Assembly (NCBI GenBank): GCA_021613535.1 | Contig: CP075492.1 | Location: 6,634,001-6,698,000, forward strand | Direction: 5' to 3' | DNA from: Adineta vaga | Lineage: Eukaryota; Animalia; Rotifera | DNA length: 64,000 bases | Shown: piece by piece, positions 37,800-51,204 of the stretch | How the letters are laid out: each line of letters begins with the position of its first letter | Numbering within the stretch: the stretch's first letter is position 1 | The notes under the pieces: model-generated | The model's database searches: none | Seen by the model: only the letters and a program-made list of their open reading frames with translations | Told to the model about the DNA's origin: nothing | Program-made: the position numbers and the translations under genes

Positions 37800-38930
37800 T
37801 TGTGTTACTTGTTAAATATTCTCAATGAGAAATTTGAAAGAAGGATTAATGATAAAAGTTGTGGCGAATATTTGATTAGTTCTGATAATATTCCAACATC
37901 ACATTTGTCTGAAATGGACAGATTATTTCAAAGATTGCACTTGTTCGATATAGGGATGAAGGATTATCAAATTAGGTACATCTTCTAATTTTAATGATCG
38001 TATATTTGAAAAGTACCAGTGACATTTCTCTCGTACGTTCTGTTTATATAATGTTAATTTTATTAAAATCATATTTTTCTTTATGAAGACATTGAATTGG
38101 ATTCGGCAATAGAATGAAAATATTTGATATATAGGGAATTGTATAAACGTACGAAATCTATTTATATAAAACATATTCGAAATACCAATGATGTTGTTCT
38201 TGCCAAAAACGACTTTGAAATTGTTTGAATTGATCTAAAATAGTTGTATCATTAGGTTGATGTTTATAAGAAAAGCTGAAGTTGAAAGCATGATGATTAA
38301 TTAATGATTGGTTAATTAATTTCTCTCAAGCATGTGCATTGACCATGGTTTTATTATTAGGCGATATTAATAATCGCCTTAAATTTGATGTATATCAAAT
38401 AAGCTTCTTGAAATTTTTCATTTGATGAAATTGATTCTTCGAATACTTCCCAAATACAATAAACATGAAGATACTATAATAGAGGTGTAAACGAAAAGAA
38501 ACGACATAGATCATTTATAGTACATTTTGAAATTGTTAGATGAACAAATGGAAAATAATCGGGAATATAATTCATACCGATGAATAAAATCGATACTGCT
38601 ACTGTACGATATACGTGTTGATGAAGAATAGCTGGTAGATCATATTTAATATTGATTCTTTGTTGAGAATTTAGTTGAGATATTACTGGAAGATATGTTT
38701 GTATTTGCTCAACATGATTATTTGTAATATCGTTTAGTGTCAATGATTGAAGATTAGAAAATTCATTTAGAGAAAAGAATGAAAGAAAGAAATTGATTTG
38801 ATTGTATGTACTAGATAGTTTTAACGAAATAATATTTCTCTTTATTTTTGGATTTGATTTTCTAAAAGTATAAACTTGTTTGAAGATGAATTTACGTATG
38901 TGTTGAAAATCAATGATGAATCAATACTTT
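37800..38930 (-). pseudogene. Decayed F-box/LRR-type gene
   Basis: Fragments IDFQHIRK..IISLKLS..FSNLQSLTL, FKQFQSRFWQEQHHWYFEY and YTIPY are interrupted by stops and frameshifts. No intact start or F-box is visible. Confidence 0.7.
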
Positions 38931-39298
38931 TCGATGCAAAAGATTTATTCATCTCCTATGTGAATGCAAAGCTTTGTATGAAGTGAATCATTTTTTTGTG
39001 TATTTTTTCGACACTACGAAAAAAACTATTTTATTTCAAAAGAGACGTCAGCCAAACAAAAACACGAAGACGAACAACAATAATAGAATAAACACAATGA
39101 TCTACATATACAAAAAAAAGAACTTTTCTTTTCTCTTATCATATTATTGCCATGAACAGAATGAGTTACACTCAATAATTATATGAATATATATATTTTT
39201 TTTCACCTTGCATCAGTGCAGGTGACAGAAAACAAACAAACAAAAAACAAAACTATACACATTGATTTGGAATCGAATTGAGATTGATTAATTTCGTT

Positions 39299-41532
39299 TT
39301 ATTGCTCTAAACGATCACCGACTTGACGAACTTGTAATTCATTTCGATATAATTTTGATAAAATATTCAATTGACGTTTCAGTACTTGAATACTATTTGA
39401 TGATTGATTTGCGATATCATTATTATCCAATGAATCGGTTTTCTTGTCATTGAACCAATGAGCATTTTTAACAATTAAGATTGGATGTGCAAAAAGGAAC
39501 GAATAAAACCCTACCAATGAGAAAAAAGACAAAGATGAAAATAGAGGGGAAAAACGAATGAACCTACATTCTTGAGGAATATCCACATTTGTTTTATTCA
39601 AATTTAAGCAAAGTATTTGTTCGAAACGACGGCGAGCTAATTGTTCTGCTTCATCAAAGGTTTTTGATGAACGTAATTGATCAATAACATCAAATACTTC
39701 TTGTTCTTCAAATGGTGAAAGAAAGCCAATACGAGTATCGAAACGATGATGTTGACCAACAAGAATATTATTGAATGATGAAACCGGATGAGACTAAATT
39801 GAATCAATTAATTAATACACGAAAAAAAAACAAGTCATCAATGAATTTTTTTACTTTATTATTCATGAATGCTTGGGGTTTAGTAATGGATTTCTTTTGT
39901 GATGAAGCTTTCGATGTTATTGATGGACTATTCGACGGTAGATTGTCTCCATTACTTGTTATAACAGAGGGTTTACTAAGACGTGGTCGTCCTCGTTTTT
40001 TTCCTGAACTATTTCCATTGACTAATGATGAATCGTTCGTACGTGTTGGCGTTTGTAGTTCATGTGATTTCGCTGATCCATTTGTTTTACTTTCACCAGC
40101 TGGTGCGGTTGATTTACGTATGTAACGACGTTTTGCCGGTGGTGTTGTTGAATCATTTGATGTTTGTTTTTTAAGTTTGGTTTTGACAGACGGAGTTTTA
40201 CGAACTGGTGTAGCATCATCATCGTCGTCGTCGTCGTCGTCGTCATCATCATCATCATCATCACCATCGTCTGATGTGTCATCTTCAGATTTAAAGTTTA
40301 AGGCTTTTTCAGCAACTACTGAACCATCACTGGCATCAGCAGATGATGGCACACTCGGAGGTCCAGATGATTCATCAGCTTTTGCAACTGAACCTTTTGT
40401 TTTACGACCGGATTGACTTTTGGAAGGTCCTAAAAACAAAAGTTTATATCGAATAAAATCATTTCATTTAATTTCAAATCATTTATACCAGTCTTTGAAG
40501 TATAAAATTGAACTTTTGGATCAATTTCTTCAAGACGTGTTTCACTGGTTTGTTTCAATGATTGATCAGCATCACGTACAGCTAATTCCCAATCTTCACG
40601 ACGACCAATTGTTACTTTCAATTGAAATCGTTCTGTTAATTGTTCCTTTTGTGATTTTGTTTGAGCCTTAATAAAACAACCTGTATTCAATAAAATATGA
40701 TGTTCTAACGAATAAGTACCTTATCAACAGTTTCTTGGGCATATTTTGTGAAAGCTTCAACACCTTCATAAGGAATCACTGCTGAATCAGGAACCCAAGC
40801 AAAATCAGCCGTTGATCCATAGAATACTACAAAATACATGCGTTTTGGTCGTGCATTACCGGTAATTTTTGTAAAACATTGTGTTTGATCATTTGGATCA
40901 CGAACAATAAGACTTGGCCACCTGAATGACAAACGATGAGTAAACATGACTCTATAGATATCATTAAAAAAATGATTTTTGTTTACCATGGATGACCACC
41001 CATTTTGACCCAAACAACATCAGCTACATCATGAAGAATTGGAATATTTTTGTCTCGTTCCTGTTCATCATCAGCATCAGCAGCTGCTTGTTCAGCTGAA
41101 TTACGTTGTGCTTTTGTTTTATTTGATTTACTTGTACCATTTACTACAGGTACTGACGTTTCTTCACCTAAAGTATGTACGTATACATATGACTTATTTA
41201 CTCATTGAAAATGTAAGTATTTACGTTTTTGTAATGTACGTCTTGGACGAGCATTTGAAATACTACTTTCATCTACTTCTACTGGTTTTTTCACTGAACG
41301 TTTTCGTTTGGCTGTCTTTGTTTCTGTTGATGATTCTTCAACATCATTCACGGGTACTTCGTCAGTATTCATAGGTTCAACATCGGTCGTAGATGTATCC
41401 ATTTTAGTCACCATTTCAGTTTGTTCTAACATACAATAAAAATATAGATTTCAGAAGAAAAAATTTGATTTCAAAAGATTCATTACCTTTGGTAGGAGAT
41501 GAAGAAGGAACGGCGATCACGTCTGTACTCAT
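39299..41532 (-). CDS. PWWP-domain chromatin protein (NSD-type PWWP, AT-hook, acidic tract; no SET domain)
   Basis: VWVKMGGHPW|WPSLIVRDP..YFVVFYGSTADFAWV, a poly-Asp run and KKRGRPR. Multi-exon; ATG at 41532. Confidence 0.85.
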
Positions 41533-41905
41533 TATTGAATTAATTCGAGTCGAGACGAACAAAAAATGCCGAGTCAAACAAATTTAATATTATATCAACA
41601 CAATGTCAGAAGAAAAAGAATATCATAAACAAAGCATTAGAAATATAGAACCAATCATTTTGAATTTTCTCGTTATTAATGTAGAAAAACGTTCGATACT
41701 TAAATAGCGATTATTTAAAATTCTGAATGTGTATTTGAATTTTATACATTTTAAAGAAGATCTTCTAGTGCATAAATATGTTAGGAAGTAAACAATGTAG
41801 AGGTCGTTGCGAAGTGATTGTTTATGGTAATCGATATGAATGACCATAGAGATTTAACAAAACGAACATTGCTTTTTTGCATTCGTTTTTGTTTCCAGAG
41901 GAATT

Positions 41906-43409
41906 ATGACGACAGTCGAATTTGGCGGTGGACCGACACTTGAAGCTCGTAGACGCTTTTCTAATCTCAAAGAAGGTTCACAGGTTCCGAAGTAAGGATC
42001 AATTTTCTTTCTCATTGGAAGCCTAGAGAAAAGACTAAAGTATAAAATGATCACTTCCGAATCATTCTTTTAACGACAATCATAAGATTTCAGTCTTTGA
42101 TTTGTATTTATTGTTTATAAGTATGAAATCGTAGAAGGTCAAAACTTGTAATGATTCATCATGAATAGATTTTTCAAAAGTAAAATTTCAATTTTCTTTA
42201 TTATTTACAGATATACTGGCCATATTCATCAAATTCGATTTCGTCAAGGTCATACGTATGGTGAACAAACTCATCTGTTATCAAAAGAATCTACTTCTCC
42301 ATTAAAACCAGTCAAACAAGAAGAAGTTAAATATGATCTCTCTGATCCATATGTAACACGAGAATTTCCAGATGGGTTAATTCCAGGTTATGCAGGTTAG
42401 TCGAATCATTTTGAATTTGAATGATTATTTAATATTTATTTATCAGGATATGTTCCTCAACGAAAATATCAACATGGCGATCGATATCGTATTGAAACGG
42501 ATGCATGTTTAGGACAAACAAAAAATACATACGAACAAGGTCGACAAGATCTAAGAGAGTTAAAAAATACCATTAGTGCTTATCCAAAAACGCAAAGTAC
42601 TAATAGTGCGACGACAGTCAAACATTTTCTTGATTACCATCGAGCTTATCATCCATTGGAGAGTGTTCAAAAAGGTACATACTATTTAATTCGATATTTA
42701 AATCATAATACTTTCTCATTTCATAGATGATCATCGACCTTTTGTTGAACCACCCATTCCTGGTTATACAGGTTATATTCCTCGTATATCACCACTTGGA
42801 GTTGGTCTTGGTTCACGTTATCATGAAGCAACTAAAAAAGCTTTGAATCGTTTTGCATTTGAAACATCAAATTCAATGACAAATCTTCCAATATCTGTTG
42901 ATAATCAAACAGGACCATTGATTAGTTCAAGTCAACCAAGGTAATAGAAACAACTGTTTCAGTTATTTTTCACCTATGTATCTATATATGTACATTTATC
43001 TAAATAGAAAAATTTATTTCGTTTCAGACAATTGATTTAAATTTAGTAACTATCTGCTTTAGTTGAAATCAATTCTATCTTCTTCTAGAATTTAAATTCT
43101 TCTTCTTCTTTAAATTTTATATTATTATTTATATCGTTTAGTTTTAGTTCTACACAATCACGTCCAATTACAGGTAATCCACAATATCGAATCTATTCTA
43201 GTATTGGTATGGTTCCAAAATATACTGGTTATCTTCCTCGTAAGATTTATTTCTTCAGAAAAGAATTCTTACTTTTTGATCTTTATGTTTTCTTAGAACG
43301 TAAATATCGTGTTGGACAAACTTTCGGTGATACTACACGTGAATTACCCGTCTGTGCTCATTCATACGCAAATTATGGTGATCTCGTACGCTCAAAATCA
43401 TTTATTTAA
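41906..43409 (+). CDS. FAM166/CIMIP2-like ciliary microtubule inner protein (repeated PxYxGYxP motif)
   Basis: First exon MTTVEFGGGP..VPK| (41906), then repeats YTGHIH, PGYAGYVP, PGYTGYIP, PKYTGYLP. Multi-exon. Confidence 0.8.
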
Positions 43410-43570
43410 AATGACTTCCACTACTTTTACTTAACAATGAACAGACAATTTTGAATTCTTTTTCTATGGATTTTTCAGTGAATTCTTTGTGTGTGACTTC
43501 CATTAATTTTTATATATTTTTAAGTAATAAAAGCTTTTAACAACAATAAGCAAAATTATTCTTTCAATTT

Positions 43571-46500
43571 TCATTGTGATTCAACGTTGATTTCAACTTC
43601 TATAATCGCTGGATTGTTATTCAATGATAGAAGATAAGCATTCTTGTTTGTTGATGGAATTAAATTTTGAACAGTACCAAGACCAGTAGGTACGATTTGA
43701 GAACTTCGCTAGAAAAATAGAAAAAGCAATCTTTACCAAGAAAATATAGTTCAAATGATTTCTTACCTCATAGAAGTTTCCAAATACTCGAATTTGACCA
43801 TCTTTACTACAACATAGAACCAAATTAGGTGATAGAGTAATAGCCGATGTTTGTGCTTCCATGATGGTTTTATCTGTTTCAAACAAAATTTCATTTCAAT
43901 TATCTATTATTCTGATCCTACATACCAAGTGTAAAACAAGCAATTGGATGAACGATTTGTTGCCATGTGATATTCTGAATGTTCTTCTCTTGAACAATAC
44001 TAAATGCTGGAATTGACCCTATGAAATAATAATAAAAATAAATTTATCATTTAACTCAGAGTATAACTTACAAATATTGTAATTATTATCACTATACACA
44101 GCAAGAAGATAACTAGAATCAATTGACCATATTACATCAGTAACAGGTGCATTATTACGCTAAACAGATTACAAATACTCAGAAAATTCTTATATGGTAT
44201 ATTTTTTTATCGTACTTGTGGTACTCCATCGGTTCGAAGTTGAAAATCTCCATTACCAATCACACTGAATAAAAATACGAATCCATTCTGTAATCCAATA
44301 GCTAAATCTCCGCCATCTAAAATCTCCTACAATTCTACACAAATTCAATGATGAAAGTCTATATTTCTACCTGGTGAAAATCGAACAGATTTCACGCCTG
44401 TATTTGCTTTCAATGTAATTGTCGTTATATAGTACGAAGACAATGTATCATATATAAGTAATTTGCTAGTTTCTGTTCCTAAAACAATAATATTTCTTTC
44501 CGGATGTAAAGCAGCACATGAAACTAATTGCTAAAAACAGTAAGAAAATATTTTTATTATATGAGAAAATCAAAGAATTTACTGGAGATTTAATTGCCCA
44601 TTCTACTATTCTTGATCGATTATTCCATTTAAATAAATATCGATCTGAACTGATTGAAAAGAATTCATCCGTATTTATATTACAACAAATACATTTTGAA
44701 GGTGTGATATGTCCCTAAATGAGAAAAAAAAAGAAATTTACCATGAAACTATCGATTCATTCTTTCACATACTCGCATAATAATCTCAATATGTTCGCTT
44801 TCAATATCTTTCATTAGAATATAATTTAATTTTGTTCCTATGACTAAACCTCGTTGAATACTGCAGATGGATTGGACCGAACCATACGTATCATTTAACT
44901 AATTGCCGAAAACGAAAAAAATAATAATAGGAATATTTGTTTTTCGAAAAATCACATTAATACCTGAATATGTTCGAAATAATTCGAACGAACATTCCAA
45001 AGTTTAATTTGATTTTGTCCATTTGCCAAAAGAAAAATATCTTGATTAATACATATAATAAATTGTACATCATTCTAGATAGAGACAATTCGTATATATA
45101 AGATAGAATTTCTTCTCCAAATCTTACTTCTATAATACTTTCTTTAACAACGACTAATTTGGGTTCATTTTCAACTAAACTCCAAATATGTAAACTACCG
45201 ATTTTATCACCAACAACTAATAATTCACCAGTATGATCACTTGCAACTGCACCTGTATAAATATTCTAGAAAGAACCAAACATTCGTAATATAAATATAT
45301 TCATTTCACATGTGTTGGCTTACTTGAACTTCAGATTCTTTTTGTATAGCAATACGTAATGGTTTCGAATTCCAATTAATATGATAGAAAACTAAATGTT
45401 GTTGACTAATACATACAATCCATTCAATAGTATCGAATACAAATAATGCCGAAAGAATTTTATCCGATTTACTCTTAAAGAATAAAAATATTTTTAATTT
45501 AGAACATTTTCATATAAAAAAAAAGCGTACGTACAGTGATACTATAAATTACTTCATTACGTTTCCAATCAACAACTAAAAGAATTTTTGGTTTATCACG
45601 TGAAACTATGAGAATTAAATTATCATCCGGTTTTGATGAGAATGATAAGAGAGTAATTTCTGAACCGAATTGTTCTTTTCGAAGTTCAGTTATTGTTTCA
45701 AGTTTATTGTAATCCCAAATATGAATTGATACACGAGTACGATCTTTTGATGCAACTGTATCTGCTGAGGCAACAAGTGTATGATAACGATGTGTTACAA
45801 CACTAGAAAATAAACTAGGATCTAACAATCGAAATCTTTTGTTTTCAATTTACCATGTTATTGGATTTGTATGTTTAGTATAGAACCGTTGTTGCCTTGC
45901 TTCTGGATCGTATATAATACAGACAGCTCCAATAACATACAGAATTTCATTATCGGATAGAGTATGAAGAGTTTTTGTATGTTCTTTAGAACCATCATAA
46001 CCATGACTAAACATTTCAACATAGAAAAATAAGATGATCGATTTATTTCTCAAACACTTACACCCAATTGATAGTTAATTTCGCATCGACATGAGCTAGA
46101 ATTAATGATTGATGAAAAAGATACTAGATGATATTATTCGAAGAATTACTTTGTTTCGGAACATATCGTTGTGTTCCCATGACTGGTTTTCTTGTCAATG
46201 TACTATTAGCAAAGAAATCATCAGGTTTCATTGTTGCTAAATAACGTTTAGCATGTTGAAATTCTTCTTCTGTACATGCAATAAATGTATCGGTCACTTT
46301 AAGAGTATTGAATAGATAAGAAAAGCTCGTCACCTAGTAAAATAAAATATTCATATGAGATTATGAATTAAAATGAAAATTTCTTTATTTACTTCAGTAA
46401 AAACTGTTTTTGTTATTGCATATAGACGAGTAATTTTATCATTTCCAATATATTGAGAAAGTAAATCTGTTACTTCTTCATTTAACCATAGATCGAAGGT

Positions 46501-47600
46501 AGTTGTTGTACTTCGATTTAAAAGAATACTTTCATAAAGATTTAATCGAGAATATGGTAAAAGAAAGATTTGTTCACCATTGCTTGACGGTGATCGCCAA
46601 CGTTTAACTCCAGATGCTCGAACGTTAACATTGCTAGGCTGCGAAGTAGCAACAGCAGTAGGTGGATGATCAGGATCATCCGTAAATGCATCATTAGCAT
46701 GTTGAAATTTAGTTTTGATGTAGATTCCCGAAGCTACTACATATGATTGTCGATTTTGAAATTTACTTATTGAAAGAATCTGATGACCATTGAGACCATA
46801 GACATATTTGATACCACCCGTTGGTAGGACAAGTTTAGATTGTTGATTGAGATAGTTAAGAAATGCTTCCCAAGATTTAATTTCTAATTGATTGATTGCT
46901 ACTTTAACACCAATATGATGTGCTTCACCGTTACGAAAAAAACGAACTAAAACACCTTGTACGTTACGACTTTTGATCGAAGGTATCACTGGCATTGTTC
47001 GTGCTATTGAAAAACAACAATAATATTCTTTATGCCAAGTTCTGTAAGGACATTTTGATAAAAATCAGATATTAAATCGGAAGAAATTTTCTCGTTTTTA
47101 AGAAACGGAAAAAGTTTCTTTTTTTTTTCTTTTTTTGATGATATTAATGTGACTTTTTTTTCATTCTTTTTACTGAATAGGATGTACTTTTAAATAGAGT
47201 ATTTTTTAATTATATTTCCTTATCGTTGCTAACAGTTTTTTGCAAATTGAAAAAGAAATATATTTTTGTACTGACGTGTCTTTGATGATGGCGACGATAT
47301 TGATTTCGCATTTTGTTTCAATGATATTAATGATGATTTTTTGTCAGTAATAATCATTGATTGTGACATATGTTTCGAATTTTTTAATTTCGGAATTTGA
47401 CTAATTAGTTTTGGTTTTTGAATAGTTTTGATTTCTTGTGGTAATTCTTCATCTTCATCGTCAACCATAATCGGTGTGAGATGATCATCGGATTGACTTC
47501 GTTTAAGACTACCGTATGGTGAATGCTGTTGTCCAAATACACGTTGATGAATATGATTTTCATCATTATCATCAAGATAAATTATATCGGGTTCAGACAT
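43571..47600 (-). CDS. DCX-EMAP-like protein: two doublecortin-like domains plus HELP/WD40 (EML) region
   Basis: DCX motif VRFFRNGE..SWEAFL..IKYVYGLNG, a second degenerate DCX, HELP (INWV|HGYDG..QRFYTKH), WD40 repeats and DWSIDSSYL. Many introns. Confidence 0.85.
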
Positions 47601-48420
47601 TTGTTTCGATTAGAAAACACGAGTTGTTTTCTAATATGCGTTAGTAACGATGAAGAAGAATAAGAATGAAAGTTTTCTCATTGAAGGATACTTGTGTTTC
47701 TTCTTGTTATCTGAAAGGTAGTTTTTGTGTTTCTTAGGAACGGTGCATAGAAGTAGAGAGGGGATATTGTTGAAGTATTTTACAAATTGTGTGAGATAAA
47801 ATAGTGGAGAGAAGGAAAATACGTAGCATAAATAAATAAAAGAAATTAAAGTTTTATGCAATTCATTTTTGTAATGGTTCCTAAACTTTTTTTCTTCGAC
47901 ATATGTTGTATGGAAATGAAATGACACTCTGCTTCTAACAGGTCATTGGTATCGCCATACGAGTTATAATGCAATCTAGTTATTCATTTAGTTAAAACAA
48001 AGGCTCTAACAAATGCAAGTCTATGATTGCTAAATTTTAAAATCAATGGACTAAACATAATGAAGGCAATAATTATTGATGATCGATATCTATGTTTAAC
48101 ATTCAACGGCTCTTTACGTTCAAAATATTAATAGATGATTAAAAAACAATGGAGAGATCATTCTTAGTTCATTGCCGGCATAGCTCTATTTTGAATGTAC
48201 ATATTATGTTCATTCTGGTGTAGTTCCGCACCCACATTCTCACATTGATACCATCAGGATTCAAGAACAAAAATACATTTTTCTCTTAATATCTTTAACG
48301 AAACTTTGAGAAGAATTATGTTTTCAAGCTAAATCATTCTCATCATCGTCGTATATTAAACATTTTTTTTCTCAAGAGAAAGAGAACACAAAAGAATCTA
48401 TTTCTTTCGAGCGATTCGTA

Positions 48421-48429
48421 CGCCATCTT
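48421..48429 (+). promoter_or_regulatory. YY1-like CGCCATCTT motif in the RanBP9/10 promoter region
   Basis: Exact CGCCATCTT ~140 bp upstream of the first ATG in a CpG-richer patch, with TCAGCTG nearby. Confidence 0.3.
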
Positions 48430-48564
48430 GTTACACGAGTGCATAGCTGCTATATAGAGAGCGTCAGCTGATTTGCGTTGTTGTTATTTGTATGTTGTTT
48501 ATGCACATATTCTTCATTTTACAATTAAAGTATTGAGATTTAACAAGTTATCTACAAATATGGA

Positions 48565-51204
48565 ATGGATTATAGTTGTCCGACAAATTACGCTTATCTT
48601 ACATGTTGTTTAATTATTGCTGCTAATATAGTTTATTTCGTATTGCTCTTAAGTAAACTATATATTCAATATCGACGACGATTATCGAAATCAAATAAAA
48701 AAATGACAGATAAATCAAATGAAACTTCATCACGAATTACAACAACAACAGCAACAACAACATCATCGATCAAAACCGGTGTAGAACGTCTTGCTCAACT
48801 CTATCCACATGTTGGTGAAGATACACCATTACCATCAAAATGGAATTCCAAAGAAAAAGCATCCACATTAGTTTTACAACAAAATAATCTTATTGTTACA
48901 TATAAAGGTAAAAATGTTCTTAACAAAAAATAAATATCAATTCATCGTGTCATTTTTAAATATAGGACCAGGAAAGTCACATAAAGATGCAGCTAGTGTT
49001 CGTGCTGATCATCCAATTCCACCAATGACTGGAATTTATTACTATGAAGTGAAAATTCTTAGCAAAGGTCGAGATGGGTACGTTAGAATCGATCATTTAT
49101 ATTGACTATATTTTTGTAATTATTAGATACATGGGTATTGGTCTTTCAACAAGTGATGTGAATCTCAATCGTTTACCAGGATGGGATAAAGGTTCTTATG
49201 GTTATCACGGTGATGATGGTCATTCATTTTGTTCATCCGGTACTGGTATCGCTTATGGTCCTACATTTACTACCGGCGATTATGTTGGTTGCTGTGTAAA
49301 TTTTCTTGACAATTCCTGTTTTTATACTTGTAATGGTTATAATATCGGTAAATTCTAATATTTACATTCGATAAAAAAAAGCACTAACTTTTTATATTTA
49401 TATTATCTTCTAGGTACTTCTTTCAAAGATATTCCGGTAATAATTATTCTTATTTTTTTTTAAATTAAATATTTCCGTTGTATTTCAGTCAGAGATCTAT
49501 CCAACCGTTGGTTTACAAACACCACTGGAAGCGATCGAAGCAAATTTCGGTCTCAGTCCATTTAAATTTGATATTGAAAAATACATGGATGTAAGAAGAC
49601 AATGCATTTCAATATAAATATATTTTGAATTTTTCAAAATCTAATAGGAATATCGAGAAAAAACTCGTCGAGGAATACTCGAATGTACATTAAAAGAAGA
49701 TGAACTATTACATCAAACTCAATTACGTCGTATTGTTTCGACTTATCTTGTTCATTATGGATATTGTGCAACAGCTGAACAATTTAATAAAAATGCTGAA
49801 AGTGTTTATGCTGATGAACTTAATTCCATGCGCAATAGACAATGTAAATATTAAAAAATTCAAAGAAAATAGATTCAAAATCGTTGCTTTCTATTTATCT
49901 GTTTGTTTAGTAATTCAACATTTAATTCTTGAAGGTCATACAACGGATGCAATTGAAAAAACAAAAGAACTTTTCCCGACTTTACTCAATAATAAAAATC
50001 TTCTATTCATACTTAAAGTTCGCCAGTTTATTGAAATGGTAAATGGAACAGAAAGTGAAATTCCCTCATCATCTCTCTCTTCCCAATCAATCAAATCTTT
50101 ATCAACCAATCGTTCATCTTTGAATCAAAATTCCTCATCATCACCTGTGATCAAATCGACTACATCTTCTCGTTCACGTTCGAATAGTCCATATACATCT
50201 CGAACGACTACTGCAGGGTCACAACAACAACGCAATGGAAGAAACAATTCTTCCTCACGTCGATCAAGTGCAAATAATAATGAATTACCTCAAGGTAATA
50301 TGATCTGATCAGTATTATCATAGATTTCATTATGAAATTTTATTTTAGAAAATAATTCCTCATCAAATAATGCAGTTGCTAATCTTATGGATATTGATGA
50401 TGATCTGTATGGTAATACTTCAACAACAACAACAACAACAACAACAACGATAGCAACAAATGGTTTCAACAATTATGGAACAGTATCACATTCAACAAAT
50501 ACAAATCAAATATCCAATGGTCATTCACTAATTGACGATGATGATAATAATAATAATAATATAATTTTGGATAAAAATACTAACAGTAATGGATGTTCAA
50601 TGAAAACACATGATGGTATGGAACATGATGGGAATGGTGAATTATCACATGCAATGGATATGGAAACAACATTAATCGATGGACAAAAGGAAGATGAACA
50701 GCTTCTTCTTCTTAAAATACTTCAATTTGGCAGAGAATTACATGCACTTAAACAACAATTAAATAATGAATATGGAGAAAATGCACAAAATGATAAAATT
50801 TTACAGGTATAATAGAATATTCTTTCGAATTTTGTATTTGAAATTTAATAAAGTAATTATAAAATTAATGACTATGTTTATCAATTTTATATTTTAGGAT
50901 GCATTCAGTTTATTAGCATATCCAGATCCTAAAAAATCACCACTTGCTCATCTATTAGAACCATCACAACGTGAATCTGTTTCCAGTGTACTTAACAGTG
51001 CTATACTTGGTAAATAAAAATCTTTCTCAATTCTTTTTCATTTTATGTACAAATCAAATCTTTTATTTTATAGAAGCACATGATATGCCAAGGCATCCGG
51101 CACTTGAAGTTCTTGTTGGTTATTTAAGTGAATGTGACAAACTCATGCATAAGAACAATGTTCCGGATTGTGCTTACATTGAATTGAACAAATATTTATC
51201 ATAA
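48565..51204 (+). CDS. RANBP9: Ran-binding protein 9/10 (SPRY, LisH, CTLH, CRA)
   Basis: [25 protein letters not shown]|[43 protein letters not shown]. Alternative downstream ATG at 48703. Confidence 0.93.

Noticed and set aside
39775-40416. Plus-strand ORFs, including a poly-Ser one
   Set aside because: Antisense shadow of the PWWP gene's poly-Asp exon.
48130-48300. GC-richer patch resembling a transposase fragment
   Set aside because: No DDE motif or terminal repeats identifiable.
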